From the NCBI GenBank assembly GCA_910587225.1, contig CAJULT010000003.1:13855-77854 (forward strand): 64,000 nt of DNA, given 5' to 3'. The notes under the pieces were generated by a model, which was not told where the DNA came from, ran no database searches, and saw only the letters and a list, made by a program, of their open reading frames with translations. Shown here one piece after another: positions 1 through 11,750 of the stretch; position 1 is the first letter of the stretch; each line of letters opens with the position of its first letter. This DNA comes from an uncultured Christensenellaceae bacterium. Lineage in GTDB: Bacteria > Bacillota > Clostridia > Christensenellales > UBA1242. The position numbers were made by a program, and so were the translations under genes.

Positions 1-3000
1 TTACATCTTCGCCTTTGGCGTTAGTAACTTTAAGTTCAAGCACGAGCTCACTTGCGTCGTATGGTCTAGGCGCACCTTCTGCCTCGTCTGGAGTGCGAAC
101 AACTGCTGTAAAGGTGTAACCTTTTCCATTAATTATATCGTACACGGTTGAAGTTTCAATTGAATCAATGTTTGCGGTGTGGTTCATGCCAGTGTAGAAA
201 CCTTTACCAGATACATTGATAATAATAGGATGAGCGTCGATTGTAACATTATTTCTAAGAATATACTTGCCAGTTGCATCACTACCTGCCCAACCAGTAA
301 AGTTGTCAAGGCTTGCATCTTCTACGAAATATCTTCTTGCGCTGTATCCACTACCAATGTTAAATACATCACCAGTTATTACAAAACGTTCCGAATTTTC
401 AAGCTCAGCGCCAAAAGTTACAGCATTTGTATTATCAGTGCTGCCATCAGCATTATACATAAAGTATACAGTGCCGTAGTCGTTTCCATTTGCTGCAACA
501 AATTCGCTTGTGCCTGTGTAATAAGTCTTTAAAACCTCGTCCTTGATTACAAGTTGGTTTTTCTTAATTGTAACATTTACTTCGTCTGAAAGTACTTTGT
601 ACTCAGCAGTAGAGTCAGTTAAAGGAGAACTTCCAGCTTGCAGTACTACAACATATACATAAGTGCCGCTATCTTTTACATTTTTCAATGTTAAGATATT
701 TCCCTCGCAAACTGGAGTTTCAAGGTCGTTCTTGTTTGCCCAGTAAGCCTTGACAACCTTGTCACCGTTTTCAAGAGTGTTACCTGCCACAATTTCAATG
801 CCTTCGCTCTTGCCATATTTAGTAAAGTCGCTTGAAAGTGTTGCGGTAGCAAAAGTTTGATCCTGTCCAATATAGTAAACATCGTACTCTGTTTCGTCAA
901 CGCTAGCGGTAACATAAGCTGCCTCGTCGCGTGTCCATATTGCAACAACAGTTACTCCGTCTACTGAAACGCTTGTTGGAGCGTAAACATTATATTTAAG
1001 TACGTCGTCTACAAGCTCTGCATAGATTGTGTTATGGTTGTCTTTGTTAACCCACTTAGCAATCTTATAGCCAGGTCTTGTAAGGTCAAAGTTTGCAAGT
1101 GCGCTTGCTTCATCGCCATAAGCAACTTCAACATAATATCTTCCATCCTCAGCTTCAATAGCACCCTCAGGCTTGAAGATTTCGTATCCCACATAGCTTA
1201 TATAGAATTTATATATATTAGGAGTATACTTAGTATCAATAGTAAGAGCAGTAGCAGTATTATCGTAATAGAAATCTCCATGAAGAAGAGAAGCTATGTT
1301 TGCATCTGTTAGGGCTATGGTAGTACCATTTGCCTTCTTGCTTTCATCCTTGCTGAAATAATCAAATGATGAAGCTGTATTTCCAACTTTTGACGCATCA
1401 AATGCTGCATCCCAAGTTTTAGTTTCTGAATTGTAGTTAAGATAATAGGTGTTATTTAAAAGAGTGATTGTGTCACCAACTTTAAAGGTTGACCAAGTTG
1501 TACTACCTTTGTCAGCAGTGATAACTACGCTGTATGTAATCTTATTCCAATCAGCAGGGTTAAAGTCAACTGAAAGCGCGTTTGCGCCGCCATAAACATC
1601 GCCCCACTTTGCGTCATATTGGAAAGTGCCAGTAGAAGAAAATTCTCTATCGCTATCTTTCCAAGCCCAATTGTTAAATCCGTTGTAACCAATCTTTTGG
1701 TAAAGACCAGCTTTGTTGATGTCAAGAGCTGCAAGTGCTTCGCTTTCGGCGTCATCATCCAATGCATATCTTGCCAATTTTTCCTGTTCGTGATAATATG
1801 TTTCAGTAGTAGCAATGCTGCCATCTTTTACTGAAACAGTGCCATACTCGTCTTCACCTTCCGCAAAATTAATGGTAATTGTCTTTTGCTTAATCACAGG
1901 TTGAACAATAATTTCAGTGATTTCGCTGCCTTCATTTGCAAGTAATGCAAGTACATTTGAGTTGTTTACAATTTCGCTAAGACTAGTCCCGCCTGAAAGG
2001 ATAACTACCTTTCCGTTTTGCAAATACCAGCCTGCTAGATAGTACCCAGTTGCAATATTAATATTTTTTACATCGCTAGACATGGTATAAGTTACTGTTT
2101 TCCCAGATGCAGTTGCACCTGATGACGTGTAACCAGTGTCCACAAGCCCGCTTACTGCGTCTTCTTTTTGTCCATAATATTGGTCATTTCCGTTAAGAGA
2201 AGTTACATAACCAGTATTATCTACAACAAAATTTGCTTTCTTAGTCACATACTTTATTACAAGAGTGCTATCAACTGCACCAAAAGTAACTGTGAATGTA
2301 TCAGCAAATGTATCAACATTATCCCCGAAATTATCTTCTTTTGAAGGTTTTAAATCCTCGGTAGCACCATAAACAAGTGCAGGTTCATTGCCCTCAGATT
2401 GATCTATGAGCAAATATTTAGCAAGATCTAAATTTTTGTTTATAGTCAGCGTTGCTTTGTCGTTTGGTCTATACTGTCCTTCTGGTGAAACTGTAATTTC
2501 GCCAAAGAAGCCTTTGTTGTCACTTGTGCTATTAAACCCGTCTTTGTTTGAGAATAGCAACTCTCCATCTACATAAACTTCATAGTTAAGAGAGTAAACT
2601 TGAGCAATAGCTTTAAATTTCACCTCATATCTATAACCTCTAGCAGCTGCAGAAGTTTGATCTTTAATTTCAAGAGGGAAGCTGAAAATACGTCTTCCTT
2701 GATCCTTATTAGTACTCTCGTCCACTGTGAAAGTGATTGTTTTGCTTTCTATTTCATCGCCAGCTTCATTATAATCATATCTGGTTACTGTAAGTGCATT
2801 AAATCTATAATATCCATTTTGAAGCATTGAAACATAAGCATATCCGCCTTCAAGGCTTGCTGTAACAGTTTTAGAAGCTGTTGTACTATCTGCATATGCA
2901 TTGTTGTATTTTGCAGCAACACTTGCAAGCTCGTCTGTAGACTCAAAACCACCGTAAGTATCATGTTCAACACTTAAATCAATGTTATATGTAAGAGTGG

Positions 3001-4291
3001 TAGCCCTAACGCAAATCACAGGTGCTTCACTGTTCGCTACTAAGCTGTATGCCTCAAATCTGTAACCATAGTGATATTGATGTCCATTAATTAAATCTTC
3101 CGGTCTATCCATTGGTGTGCCTTTAAGTGTGCTAGCATCCCATTCTTTAAGACCTGTTGCATAGTATGTCACAACATACATATCGTTTTCTTGCTCTGCA
3201 GTCGCCTTAATTATCAAATGGCTTTGAACTTTAACATTTGCATATCCATTTTCAACCGCAACCGCTTGTCCGTTCATTGTAATATTCCAGTTTACATTTT
3301 CGCCATCTATTTTAAGCGCAATATCTTGACGGCTAAACACTAAGAATATATCACCATGTCCTACAACATAGTCAAGCGTAATAGTATAGTTGTAAGTACC
3401 TGTAGCCGCGCCATTAGTTCTAGTTACAGTATACTTTGTAGGATTATATGTATCATAATATCCGTTTTGGAATACTGGATATACTCCCGCCTCTGCATTT
3501 GCAGGAAGAGAGGTAGTAACATCACGTCCAGTTGTTCCGTTCCCCACAAAGCCATAACCAAGATTTAAAGTAAAGGAAATCGTAATAGTATTAGCACCAT
3601 TATGTTGTGCAGTAGCCGAATAGTCATAATCGTTTGAAACAGGAACGGTCTCCTCATTAATAGTATTGTTTACGATATTGGTCTTTGTTCCTTTATACTC
3701 AACAGAAGTACCATTATCAATTACACTGAAATTGCTAATTGCATTATCTACAACAAACTTGTCTGTTCCGCTTGCACGAAGTTTGATATTTGAACTTGTG
3801 TAGTTGTTTGCAGTCCATTTAGTGTAAATGGTATAAGATGCCGCATCTGATTCAGTCACTGCTCTGTTGTAAGATGGCACGCTGCCATAAGCCACGCTGC
3901 CATAGCCATCCCCCATAAAATTTGGAAGAGGGATTGTAAAGCCTGCATCCATGTATAAACCTGCAAGGGTATAACCTGTACGAGTAAGATTGAATAGCGC
4001 TTTCACGTCCTCAATGGACATATCGTTGCCGCAATTTTTCCAGTCAGTTCTCTTAGTAGGGTCGCCATAACCATAATCTACAACAACCTTATAATTCTTT
4101 GTAGCCCAAGTAAAATTACATAGGTAACCTGAAACAAGACCACTTGAGCTAAACGAAAAGCCCTCCTTTACAACGAAAGCGCCACCCTCTGCGTTCATTG
4201 CGTACGCACGAGAGTGAAGTTGAGCGCCATAGTTTGGAATGTTAGGAGCAGCAACATATGTACCCGAGCTATTTACAAGGTAGCCATAGTT
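1..4291 (-). CDS. Giant cell-surface repeat protein, distal portion (in frame with 4292-5197 across one TGA; 3' end lies beyond the window edge)
   Basis: The minus-strand frame with codons at 2-4, 5-7 ... stays open in every stretch I hand-translated (4291-3781, 2003-2053, 2-58). It is missing from the ORF track only because it never reaches a stop inside the window; the minus ORFs listed here are all in another frame. It contains Listeria-Bacteroides-repeat-like signatures: RTGYTLAGLY and YTIYTKWTANNYT around 3790-4000, and GYYLAGWYLQNGK at 2012-2050. Confidence 0.75.
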
Positions 4292-5197
4292 TCAAACTGC
4301 AGTACCTAAAGCCGTCTTAGAAGTGTACTTATAAGCAGCTCCGCCATTTAAGTTGTATTGTACAGCGTAACCCTGCGCGCTTGCAGACCCGCTACCAACT
4401 GTTAAAGTACCAGCTATTGCGGATTCGGTAGTGTAATGTGCAGTCTTGCCATCACGGCTCCCACCGCGATAAATTTTAGTTGTGCTATCAACAGTTCCAA
4501 TGCCGTTTCCACCAGCAGTGTTGTAGCAGTTTATTATGTACGCTCCCGTCGTCTTTCCAGCCAACACACCAAAGTTGTTTGTAGCAACACTTGAATTGTT
4601 AACCACGTCGCCTACCGTCAAGTCATAAATAATGGCAGAGCCGCATGCGCCAAAAAGTCCCGCAACTCCACTCGCACCATTATAGATTGACTCATCTATA
4701 AGTCGAATACTTTTAATTGTGTGCTTGTTTCCGTTAAATACACCTTTGAAAGTAGTAGTACTATTCCCTATTGGCGTCCATAATGAAGAGGAAAGGTCAA
4801 TGTCTTGAGTTAGCTCATATTTGCCGCTCACATAGGTTGGATTTCCAACCATTACCATATACGACAAAAACGCCAAGTCATCGGCGCTCTTAATTTGATA
4901 ATAGCCATTTTCCGTGTTGACATTCAAGCTTGTTGAAGCGAGTGTGTCTGCATTGCCAAACTTAGACACCCAGTTATTCCCGCCGCTCACAACCACATCA
5001 GCCTCGGTTGGAATTTCCGTCTTCGCTTGGGTTGGCGCTTCACTTACGCTTTCATCGGCAAAAGCCTGCACTACACGCGTTGATGTGTCAGCACCCAAAC
5101 TAGCATCTCCTTTTAGTGATGGAATAAGACAGCCAACGCCTCCCGCAAGAAGCATAGCCGCCATACAATAAAGCCCTTTGAAAAATTTCCTCTTCAT
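4292..5197 (-). CDS. N-terminal part of the same surface protein: signal peptide plus GLUG-like beta-helix module, ending at an in-frame TGA
   Basis: 301-aa ORF. N-terminus MKRKFFKGLYCMAAMLLAGGVGC is signal-peptide-like. Motifs VAGLFGACG and FGVLAGKTTGAYIINCYN resemble GLUG/beta-helix repeats. The C-terminal residues YAVQYNLNGGAAYKY open a repeat unit that is cut by the TGA at 4292-4294. Confidence 0.8.
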   Translation of the reverse strand: MKRKFFKGLYCMAAMLLAGGVGCLIPSLKGDASLGADTSTRVVQAFADESVSEAPTQAKTEIPTEADVVVSGGNNWVSKFGNADTLASTSLNVNTENGYYQIKSADDLAFLSYMVMVGNPTYVSGKYELTQDIDLSSSLWTPIGNSTTTFKGVFNGNKHTIKSIRLIDESIYNGASGVAGLFGACGSAIIYDLTVGDVVNNSSVATNNFGVLAGKTTGAYIINCYNTAGGNGIGTVDSTTKIYRGGSRDGKTAHYTTESAIAGTLTVGSGSASAQGYAVQYNLNGGAAYKYTSKTALGTAV

Positions 5198-5524
5198 TGA
5201 AATTCTCCTTTTTGAAATTTAGCCAAAAATACCCTCTTTGACTTATGATTAATTATATAATAATCAGCTCGACAAAAACAAACAAAATAAGTCAAATTTA
5301 TTGTTTTTAAAAAATATATTTTTAATCTTAAAAAATCGAATTAAAAAATATTTTTTCAGCATTTTTAAATAATTATTTTTAAATTCATTTTTTGAGATTA
5401 AAATTTTAAAAATTATGCATATTTTTTTAATTTTTTTAGCATTTTTTATTATTTTTTCATTAATTAATTTTAAAATAAAAAAATAATACTCAAAAATTGA
5501 GTGTTATTTGATTTTGTAAAACAA

Positions 5525-5553
5525 TTGACTTAAAACCTAAAAAGCCTTATAAT
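5525..5553 (+). promoter_or_regulatory. Sigma-A-type promoter of trpS
   Basis: TTGACT (5525-5530), 17-nt spacer, TATAAT (5548-5553), about 35 nt before the ATG. SD AAGAGGAA lies just upstream of 5589. Confidence 0.6.
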
Positions 5554-5588
5554 GAAAATATAAAACTTTAAAAAGAGGAAAATTTTTT

Positions 5589-6641
5589 ATGGCAGAAACT
5601 ATTCTTTCAGGCATCAGACCAACCGGAAATTTGCATTTAGGACACTACTGCGGCGCGATATCTCAGCTTGTTGAACTTCAAAATAAAGGAAGCTACGACA
5701 ACTTTTTTGTTATGATTGCGGATGCACAAGCGCTTACAGACAACGCAAAGAATGTTGACAAAGTTAAAAATAATGTTATTCAAGTTGCTATAGATTTAAT
5801 AAGTGCAGGCATAGATCCAAATAAAGTTACCATATTTATTCAGTCACAAGTTCCCCAGCTGCACGAAATGACCGACTATTTTTTAAATCTTGTTACCCTA
5901 TCTCGCCTAAAACGCAACCCGACTGTTAAAGAGGAATTAAAGCAACGAGGCTTTGAAAACAGCCTACCTGTCGGCTTTTTAACCTATCCGGTAAGCCAAG
6001 CAGCCGATATTTTGGCGTTTTCTACCACATTAGTACCTGCCGGAGATGACCAAAATCCAATGCTTGAGCAGTGCCGCGAAATTGTTCACACTTTTAATTC
6101 TACTTACGCTTCAATATTTACTATGCCTAAAATTATGCTCCCTTCTAGCAAAACCCAAGCGCGCCTTCCAGGACTTGACGGAAAACTCAAAATGAGCAAG
6201 TCAGCAGGAAACGGAATAAATCTTTGCGATGACGAGGCAACAGTAAAACAAAAAATAATGAATGCCTATACCGATCCAAATCATATTAAAGTATCAGATC
6301 CCGGTCAAATAGAAGGAAATGTCGTATTTACCTATCTCGATGTATTTTGCAAGGATGAGCATTTCGCGAAATATTTGCCCGACTATAAAAACCTTGCCGA
6401 GCTTAAAGAACACTATCGCCGCGGCGGACTTGGTGATGTAAAAGTTAAAATATTTTTAAATAACATTCTACAAGAACTTCTCACACCTATCCGCGCAAAA
6501 AGAGCGGAGCTTGAAAATAATATTGATAATGTATACGATATGCTTTTTGAAAACGGAAAGAAAATGCGCAAAATAGCACAGGCAAAAATAGAACAAATGC
6601 ATGATGCAATGGGAATAAATTATTTAAAATATAGAAAATAA
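5589..6641 (+). CDS. trpS: Tryptophan--tRNA ligase
   Basis: 350 aa. Class I synthetase motifs TGNLHLGH (HIGH-type) and KMSKS are present, and the length and N-terminus are typical of TrpRS. Confidence 0.95.
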   Translation: MAETILSGIRPTGNLHLGHYCGAISQLVELQNKGSYDNFFVMIADAQALTDNAKNVDKVKNNVIQVAIDLISAGIDPNKVTIFIQSQVPQLHEMTDYFLNLVTLSRLKRNPTVKEELKQRGFENSLPVGFLTYPVSQAADILAFSTTLVPAGDDQNPMLEQCREIVHTFNSTYASIFTMPKIMLPSSKTQARLPGLDGKLKMSKSAGNGINLCDDEATVKQKIMNAYTDPNHIKVSDPGQIEGNVVFTYLDVFCKDEHFAKYLPDYKNLAELKEHYRRGGLGDVKVKIFLNNILQELLTPIRAKRAELENNIDNVYDMLFENGKKMRKIAQAKIEQMHDAMGINYLKYRK

Positions 6642-6789
6642 ATAAAAAAATATTAAAAAATACGCAAAAAAATAAATAAATTGCGTATTTTTTATTGATT
6701 TTAATTAAATTTATTTAAATTATTTTTATAAAAAATAATTATAATTTTTGACGGAATTTTTTCGCTCTAAAAATTAGCCGAAATTCCAC

Positions 6790-6819
6790 TTGACAGAAGC
6801 GCTAAAAAAATGCTAAAAT
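6790..6819 (+). promoter_or_regulatory. Promoter of tRNA-Gly
   Basis: TTGACA (6790-6795), 18-nt spacer, extended -10 TGcTAAAAT (6811-6819). The tRNA 5' end is about 10 nt downstream. Confidence 0.6.
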
Positions 6820-6828
6820 AAGGCATAT

Positions 6829-6903
6829 GCGAAAGTGGCCTAGTGGTATGGCATCAGCTTCCCAAGCTGAGGATCGCGGGTTCGAATCCCGTCTTTCGCT
6901 CCA
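6829..6903 (+). tRNA. tRNA-Gly (anticodon CCC)
   Basis: 75-nt cloverleaf. Acceptor GCGAAAG/CTTTCGC; anticodon stem TCAGC/GCTGA with loop TTCCCAA; T-arm GCGGG-TTCGAAT-CCCGT; encoded CCA. Confidence 0.9.
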
Positions 6904-6908
6904 TGCAA

Positions 6909-6937
6909 AATACGTGCCTTACGCACGTATTTTTTTA
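6909..6937. terminator. Rho-independent terminator (tRNA-Gly; also faces the convergent radC-like gene)
   Basis: 9-bp stem AATACGTGC (6909-6917) / GCACGTATT (6923-6931), 5-nt loop, then a T-run. Confidence 0.75.
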
Positions 6938-7651
6938 TTATCTCTCATCCGAAGTAAAGAACCTATCCATTCTTCCACTCTCAATGCTGTATATGCCGTC
7001 TATGCCCACTACATAGTGATCCATAAAACGCACACCTAGTGACTGAAAGAGGAATTTAATGTTGGTCGTTGCTTCTAAGTCTTGTTGGGATGGTTTTGCA
7101 CGACCTCCTGGATGATTGTGTACTAGAAATACAAAGGCTGGATTGGTAGCATTGATAAACTTTGTTATCTCCCTTTGGCTTATTCCTACCATACTTATGC
7201 TACCTTTGGCTAGTAGTCTTGCGGAGATTAATCTGAAACCTATATCTAAGGCGACTATGTACAGCTCTTCTGTTATCTTTATTCTTACGAGGTCTTCTAC
7301 AAAATCTAGAAGATCTATTGTATCATTCAGACATGGTCTTTCTTCATACGTGCTTTGCATGTAGTAATCAAATATCTCAGGAAATTTAGTTATCAGCGCT
7401 GCTGCGCGTTTACCTATTCCCCTTACCATCATCATGTCTTGGGGATCAGCGTTAAACACTCCGGCTACATTGCCATATCTGTCAAGTAGCCGATGTGCTA
7501 ACGGATTAGTATCACCTCTGGGAAAAACATACGTTAGGATAAACTCTAATGCTTGAACTTTACTTACATTACTAAGCCCTGCATTATCAACTAGCTCCAA
7601 AAGCCTTCCTCTATGCCCTTCATGTATGTTCTTCTCATCTGTGTATTTCAT
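6938..7651 (-). CDS. radC: RadC-like JAB-domain protein
   Basis: HNHPGG...PSQQD JAB/MPN motif and an N-terminal HhH-like region. The start is set at MKYTDEK (ATG 7651) because AAGGAGA lies 6-7 nt upstream; the track ORF begins slightly earlier. Confidence 0.85.
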   Translation of the reverse strand: MKYTDEKNIHEGHRGRLLELVDNAGLSNVSKVQALEFILTYVFPRGDTNPLAHRLLDRYGNVAGVFNADPQDMMMVRGIGKRAAALITKFPEIFDYYMQSTYEERPCLNDTIDLLDFVEDLVRIKITEELYIVALDIGFRLISARLLAKGSISMVGISQREITKFINATNPAFVFLVHNHPGGRAKPSQQDLEATTNIKFLFQSLGVRFMDHYVVGIDGIYSIESGRMDRFFTSDER

Positions 7652-7704
7652 TTGTTTTCTCCTTTTGTGCAAATATTATAGCATGCGAACATCAAATTAT
7701 AAAA

Positions 7705-7732
7705 TAAAAAACAGGGCTTTCGCCCTGCTTTT

Positions 7733-7734
<2 letters not shown>
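7705..7734. terminator. Bidirectional hairpin terminator after the collagen-like gene
   Basis: CAGGGC (7712-7717) tttc GCCCTG (7722-7727), flanked by an A-run and a T-run. Confidence 0.7.
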
Positions 7735-9886
<2,152 letters not shown>

Positions 9887-9937
9887 AAAAATATGATATG
9901 CAGGCAAAAATATTTTCGACTTTTTTCGAATTGGGTA

Positions 9938-9966
9938 TTGACAATTATCGCTAGTCATGGTATCAT
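9938..9966 (+). promoter_or_regulatory. Promoter of the 69-aa ORF
   Basis: TTGACA (9938-9943), 17-nt spacer, TATCAT (9961-9966). Two TTCGA(C/A) boxes sit at 9915-9921 and 9925-9931, just upstream of the -35. Confidence 0.55.
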
Positions 9967-9998
9967 AATTTCACACTAAAAAACGGAGGAGAAAAGTA

Positions 9999-10208
9999 AT
10001 GGACGATATGTTTGAAATGGAAGGGTACTCAACAATTGTTGCTAAACCAATGCGTATTGGAATGGGTAAAACAGTTCGATTAAATACAAAGTACAATGAG
10101 TACGAACTACGTCGCGAGTCTGATCCTAATCGTAGAAGAGTCCCACATGCGAAGCGCAATGTTAAGGCTCTTGCCGCAAAGGAACAGGATGCTCAATGCG
10201 AAGATTAA
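9999..10208 (+). CDS. Small basic hypothetical protein (69 aa)
   Basis: Strong SD GGAGGA 9 nt upstream of the ATG, its own promoter, and a terminator directly downstream. I do not recognise the family. Confidence 0.55.
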   Translation: MDDMFEMEGYSTIVAKPMRIGMGKTVRLNTKYNEYELRRESDPNRRRVPHAKRNVKALAAKEQDAQCED

Positions 10209-10221
10209 TGTTAAATAAAAT

Positions 10222-10246
10222 ATAGCGCACTTTAGCGCTATTTTTT
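10222..10246. terminator. Hairpin terminator shared by convergent small ORFs
   Basis: ATAGCGC (10222-10228) / GCGCTAT (10235-10241), then a T-run. Confidence 0.7.
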
Positions 10247-10432
10247 ATTGTCTTTTTGACACCTTCGTTGAGTTTCTATCAGCCCTATATTTGAGGAAAG
10301 TGCGGCAAAAAAGGTGCGGAGAGTGCAAAGCTCCCCCATGGTCGCATTTTTAGATAGCGATATGGCAAGGCTTGACGCAAAAGCGGCAAGTTCTTCCGCG
10401 CATATGTCGCAAACTGATCCCTTCTTTTCCAT
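10238..10432 (-). CDS. Small Cys-containing helical hypothetical protein (64 aa counted from MEKKGSVC)
   Basis: The helical pattern CAEELAAFASSLAISLSKNATMGEL...FFAALSSNIGLIETQRR resembles small conserved clostridial proteins of unknown function. No SD is visible and the start is uncertain. Confidence 0.4.
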   Translation of the reverse strand: MEKKGSVCDICAEELAAFASSLAISLSKNATMGELCTLRTFFAALSSNIGLIETQRRCQKDNKK

Positions 10433-10502
10433 ATTAATATTTACGCAAATAGCTATATTTTTGATAGTGTTTTCCCGCAAAATCCACCGTCCGCGCATTC
10501 AC

Positions 10503-10531
10503 TTGACAATTATTTTTGTTTATGTTAATAT
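10503..10531 (+). promoter_or_regulatory. Promoter firing into the ORF-free structured region
   Basis: TTGACA (10503-10508), 17-nt spacer, extended -10 TGtTAATAT (10523-10531). Confidence 0.6.
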
Positions 10532-10537
10532 AATACT

Positions 10538-11113
10538 ATCACGAAGGTGCAGTATTCTAGTCAACTAGTGCGAATGAGAATGCCGAAATAAGCATTGATG
10601 GCACAACTATGAAGTTCGTGGTGCTGGCTTTGGTTGCCCAAATCGGGGCTGGTACTGGGAGTTAAGATTTTTGGGTGGCGAGTAATGGCATACACGCTTA
10701 AGCCCAATTATCGCGGAGACCCAAGTGGGTAAAGAAAATATGAAGGCATATCTATTTATCGCTTGGATGAGAAACCTGCAATGTGGCGAAAGTTGCGTGC
10801 AGTGTAGCCTGCTTTGAGTGGATTGTTTGGAATAGAGCGTAAATCAATATTTATCCAAAGTACACGGAAGATATTCGGTTGCTCTTGAAATTACGTCCGC
10901 AAAATAAAGATAAGTTCGTACGATGTTGTTAAGGAAATCTTCTAGACTGTTTGCGTGAGCGAGATACTATGGGGATTATAGTGTGGTCTAAGTGGCGATT
11001 CGGTGCAAGTTCTGCGTAAAGGGAAACCGCTCTGCTGGTAACGGAAGAGTGCAGAATTGGGAAATCCAACCGAACCTATGCCGCAAGGTTTACTCATAGT
11101 ATTGCCTTCGTAA
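10538..11113 (+). ncRNA. Large structured ncRNA, candidate OLE RNA
   Basis: About 520 nt (10569-11089) has no ORF of 60 aa or more on either strand, yet the region is visibly more G+C-rich than true spacers. It has a dedicated promoter. A terminal helix can form between ACGAAGGTG (10541-10549) and 11103-11111 (..TGCCTTCGT). Local hairpins include ACTAT/ATAGT (10966-10982), TTGG-gaaat-CCAA (11057-11069) and AACCT/AGGTT (11073-11090). It lies immediately upstream of a small 4-TM protein gene. Confidence 0.55.
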
Positions 11114-11144
11114 ATTAAAATTAAAGCTTTGTGCTAAAATATAT

Positions 11145-11702
11145 ATGAAAGAAAAACAGAAAAAAACTAAACATTCTAACGCTTGGATATGGCCTATAAA
11201 GATTTTTATAATTGCCATAGTTCTTTCTTTGTCGTTCAGCATAGTAAGTGAGTTAGCTTTAACCGGCGCACATATTGCTGTGGCGATTGTAGTAATACTC
11301 GTCTTTATTGGAATAAGCATCGTGTTTGATATGCTTGGACTTGCGGTAGCTTCAAGTGACCTCAATCATTTTACTGCTATGGCAGCGAGAAAAGTCAAAG
11401 GCAGTAAGCAGGCAATAGCCCTTAACAAAAATGCTGACAAAGTATCTTCGGTTTGCGCTGACGTTATCGGTGACGTATGCGGAATATTGGCTGGTGCAGC
11501 TGGCGCGAGTATAGTTGCCAAGATTGCACTAGCAGCAAATGGTGATTTCATATCAATATTAATCGCCTCTTCAATTTCGGCAGCAATCGCCGGACTAACG
11601 ATATTTGGTAAGGCAAGTTTAAAGCGATATGCAATCAAACACGGAAATGAAATCACCTTAAAACTTGCTAAGTTTATCAATTTCTTTACTAGGAAAGATT
11701 AA
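11145..11702 (+). CDS. Small four-TM membrane protein, candidate OLE-associated protein A (OapA-like)
   Basis: 185 aa (about 20 kDa) with four hydrophobic helices, positioned directly after the structured RNA, as published for oapA. Confidence 0.6.
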   Translation: MKEKQKKTKHSNAWIWPIKIFIIAIVLSLSFSIVSELALTGAHIAVAIVVILVFIGISIVFDMLGLAVASSDLNHFTAMAARKVKGSKQAIALNKNADKVSSVCADVIGDVCGILAGAAGASIVAKIALAANGDFISILIASSISAAIAGLTIFGKASLKRYAIKHGNEITLKLAKFINFFTRKD

Positions 11703-11723
11703 AAAACTGTTTTTCAATTAAAA

Positions 11724-11749
11724 AAGCGGAGTTCTACTTCCGCTTTTTT
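11724..11749. terminator. Bidirectional terminator (OapA-like gene / gltX)
   Basis: AAGCGGA (11724-11730) / TCCGCTT (11739-11745), with a T-run after and an A-run before. Confidence 0.75.
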
Positions 11750-11750
11750 G

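Noticed and set aside
179-3568. Several 60-117-aa ORFs on the plus strand and in an off-frame of the minus strand within 1-4291
   Set aside because: All lie inside, or antisense to, the long open minus-strand frame of the surface-protein gene. They are low-complexity, Cys/Ile/Ser-rich shadow ORFs.
4292-4294. Selenocysteine or a TGA-sense genetic code as the explanation for the in-frame TGA
   Set aside because: TGA terminates well-defined genes here (murB; the 298-aa gene with an ATGA overlap). I see no convincing SECIS-like hairpin just downstream, and there are no sel genes in the window.
5198-5588. A T-box leader or other riboswitch upstream of trpS; also a repeat array in the 390-bp A/T-rich spacer
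   Set aside because: A good promoter sits only about 35 nt before the ATG, leaving no room for a T-box, and no specifier or T-box sequence is visible. The spacer is A/T-tract-rich (probably bent promoter DNA for the divergent adhesin gene) but has no discrete repeat-spacer structure.
6827-7039. 70-aa plus-strand ORF
   Set aside because: It reads straight through tRNA-Gly, its terminator, and the 3' end of the radC-like gene, so it is not coding.
10293-10305. GAGGAAAGTGCGG, resembling the RNase P RNA CR-I motif GAGGAAAGTCCGG
   Set aside because: It has one mismatch in the invariant core, lies inside the small minus-strand ORF and terminator region, and none of the other RNase P conserved regions follow.
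11131-11147. TGcTAAAAT just before the OapA-like ATG as another leaderless promoter
   Set aside because: Only 4 nt separate the -10 from the ATG, which is too close for the TSS to include the start codon. Co-transcription with the upstream RNA is more likely.
11090-11680. Minus-strand ORFs 11090-11365 and 11366-11680
   Set aside because: They are antisense shadows of the OapA-like membrane-protein gene, with hydrophobic mirror composition and no translation signals.
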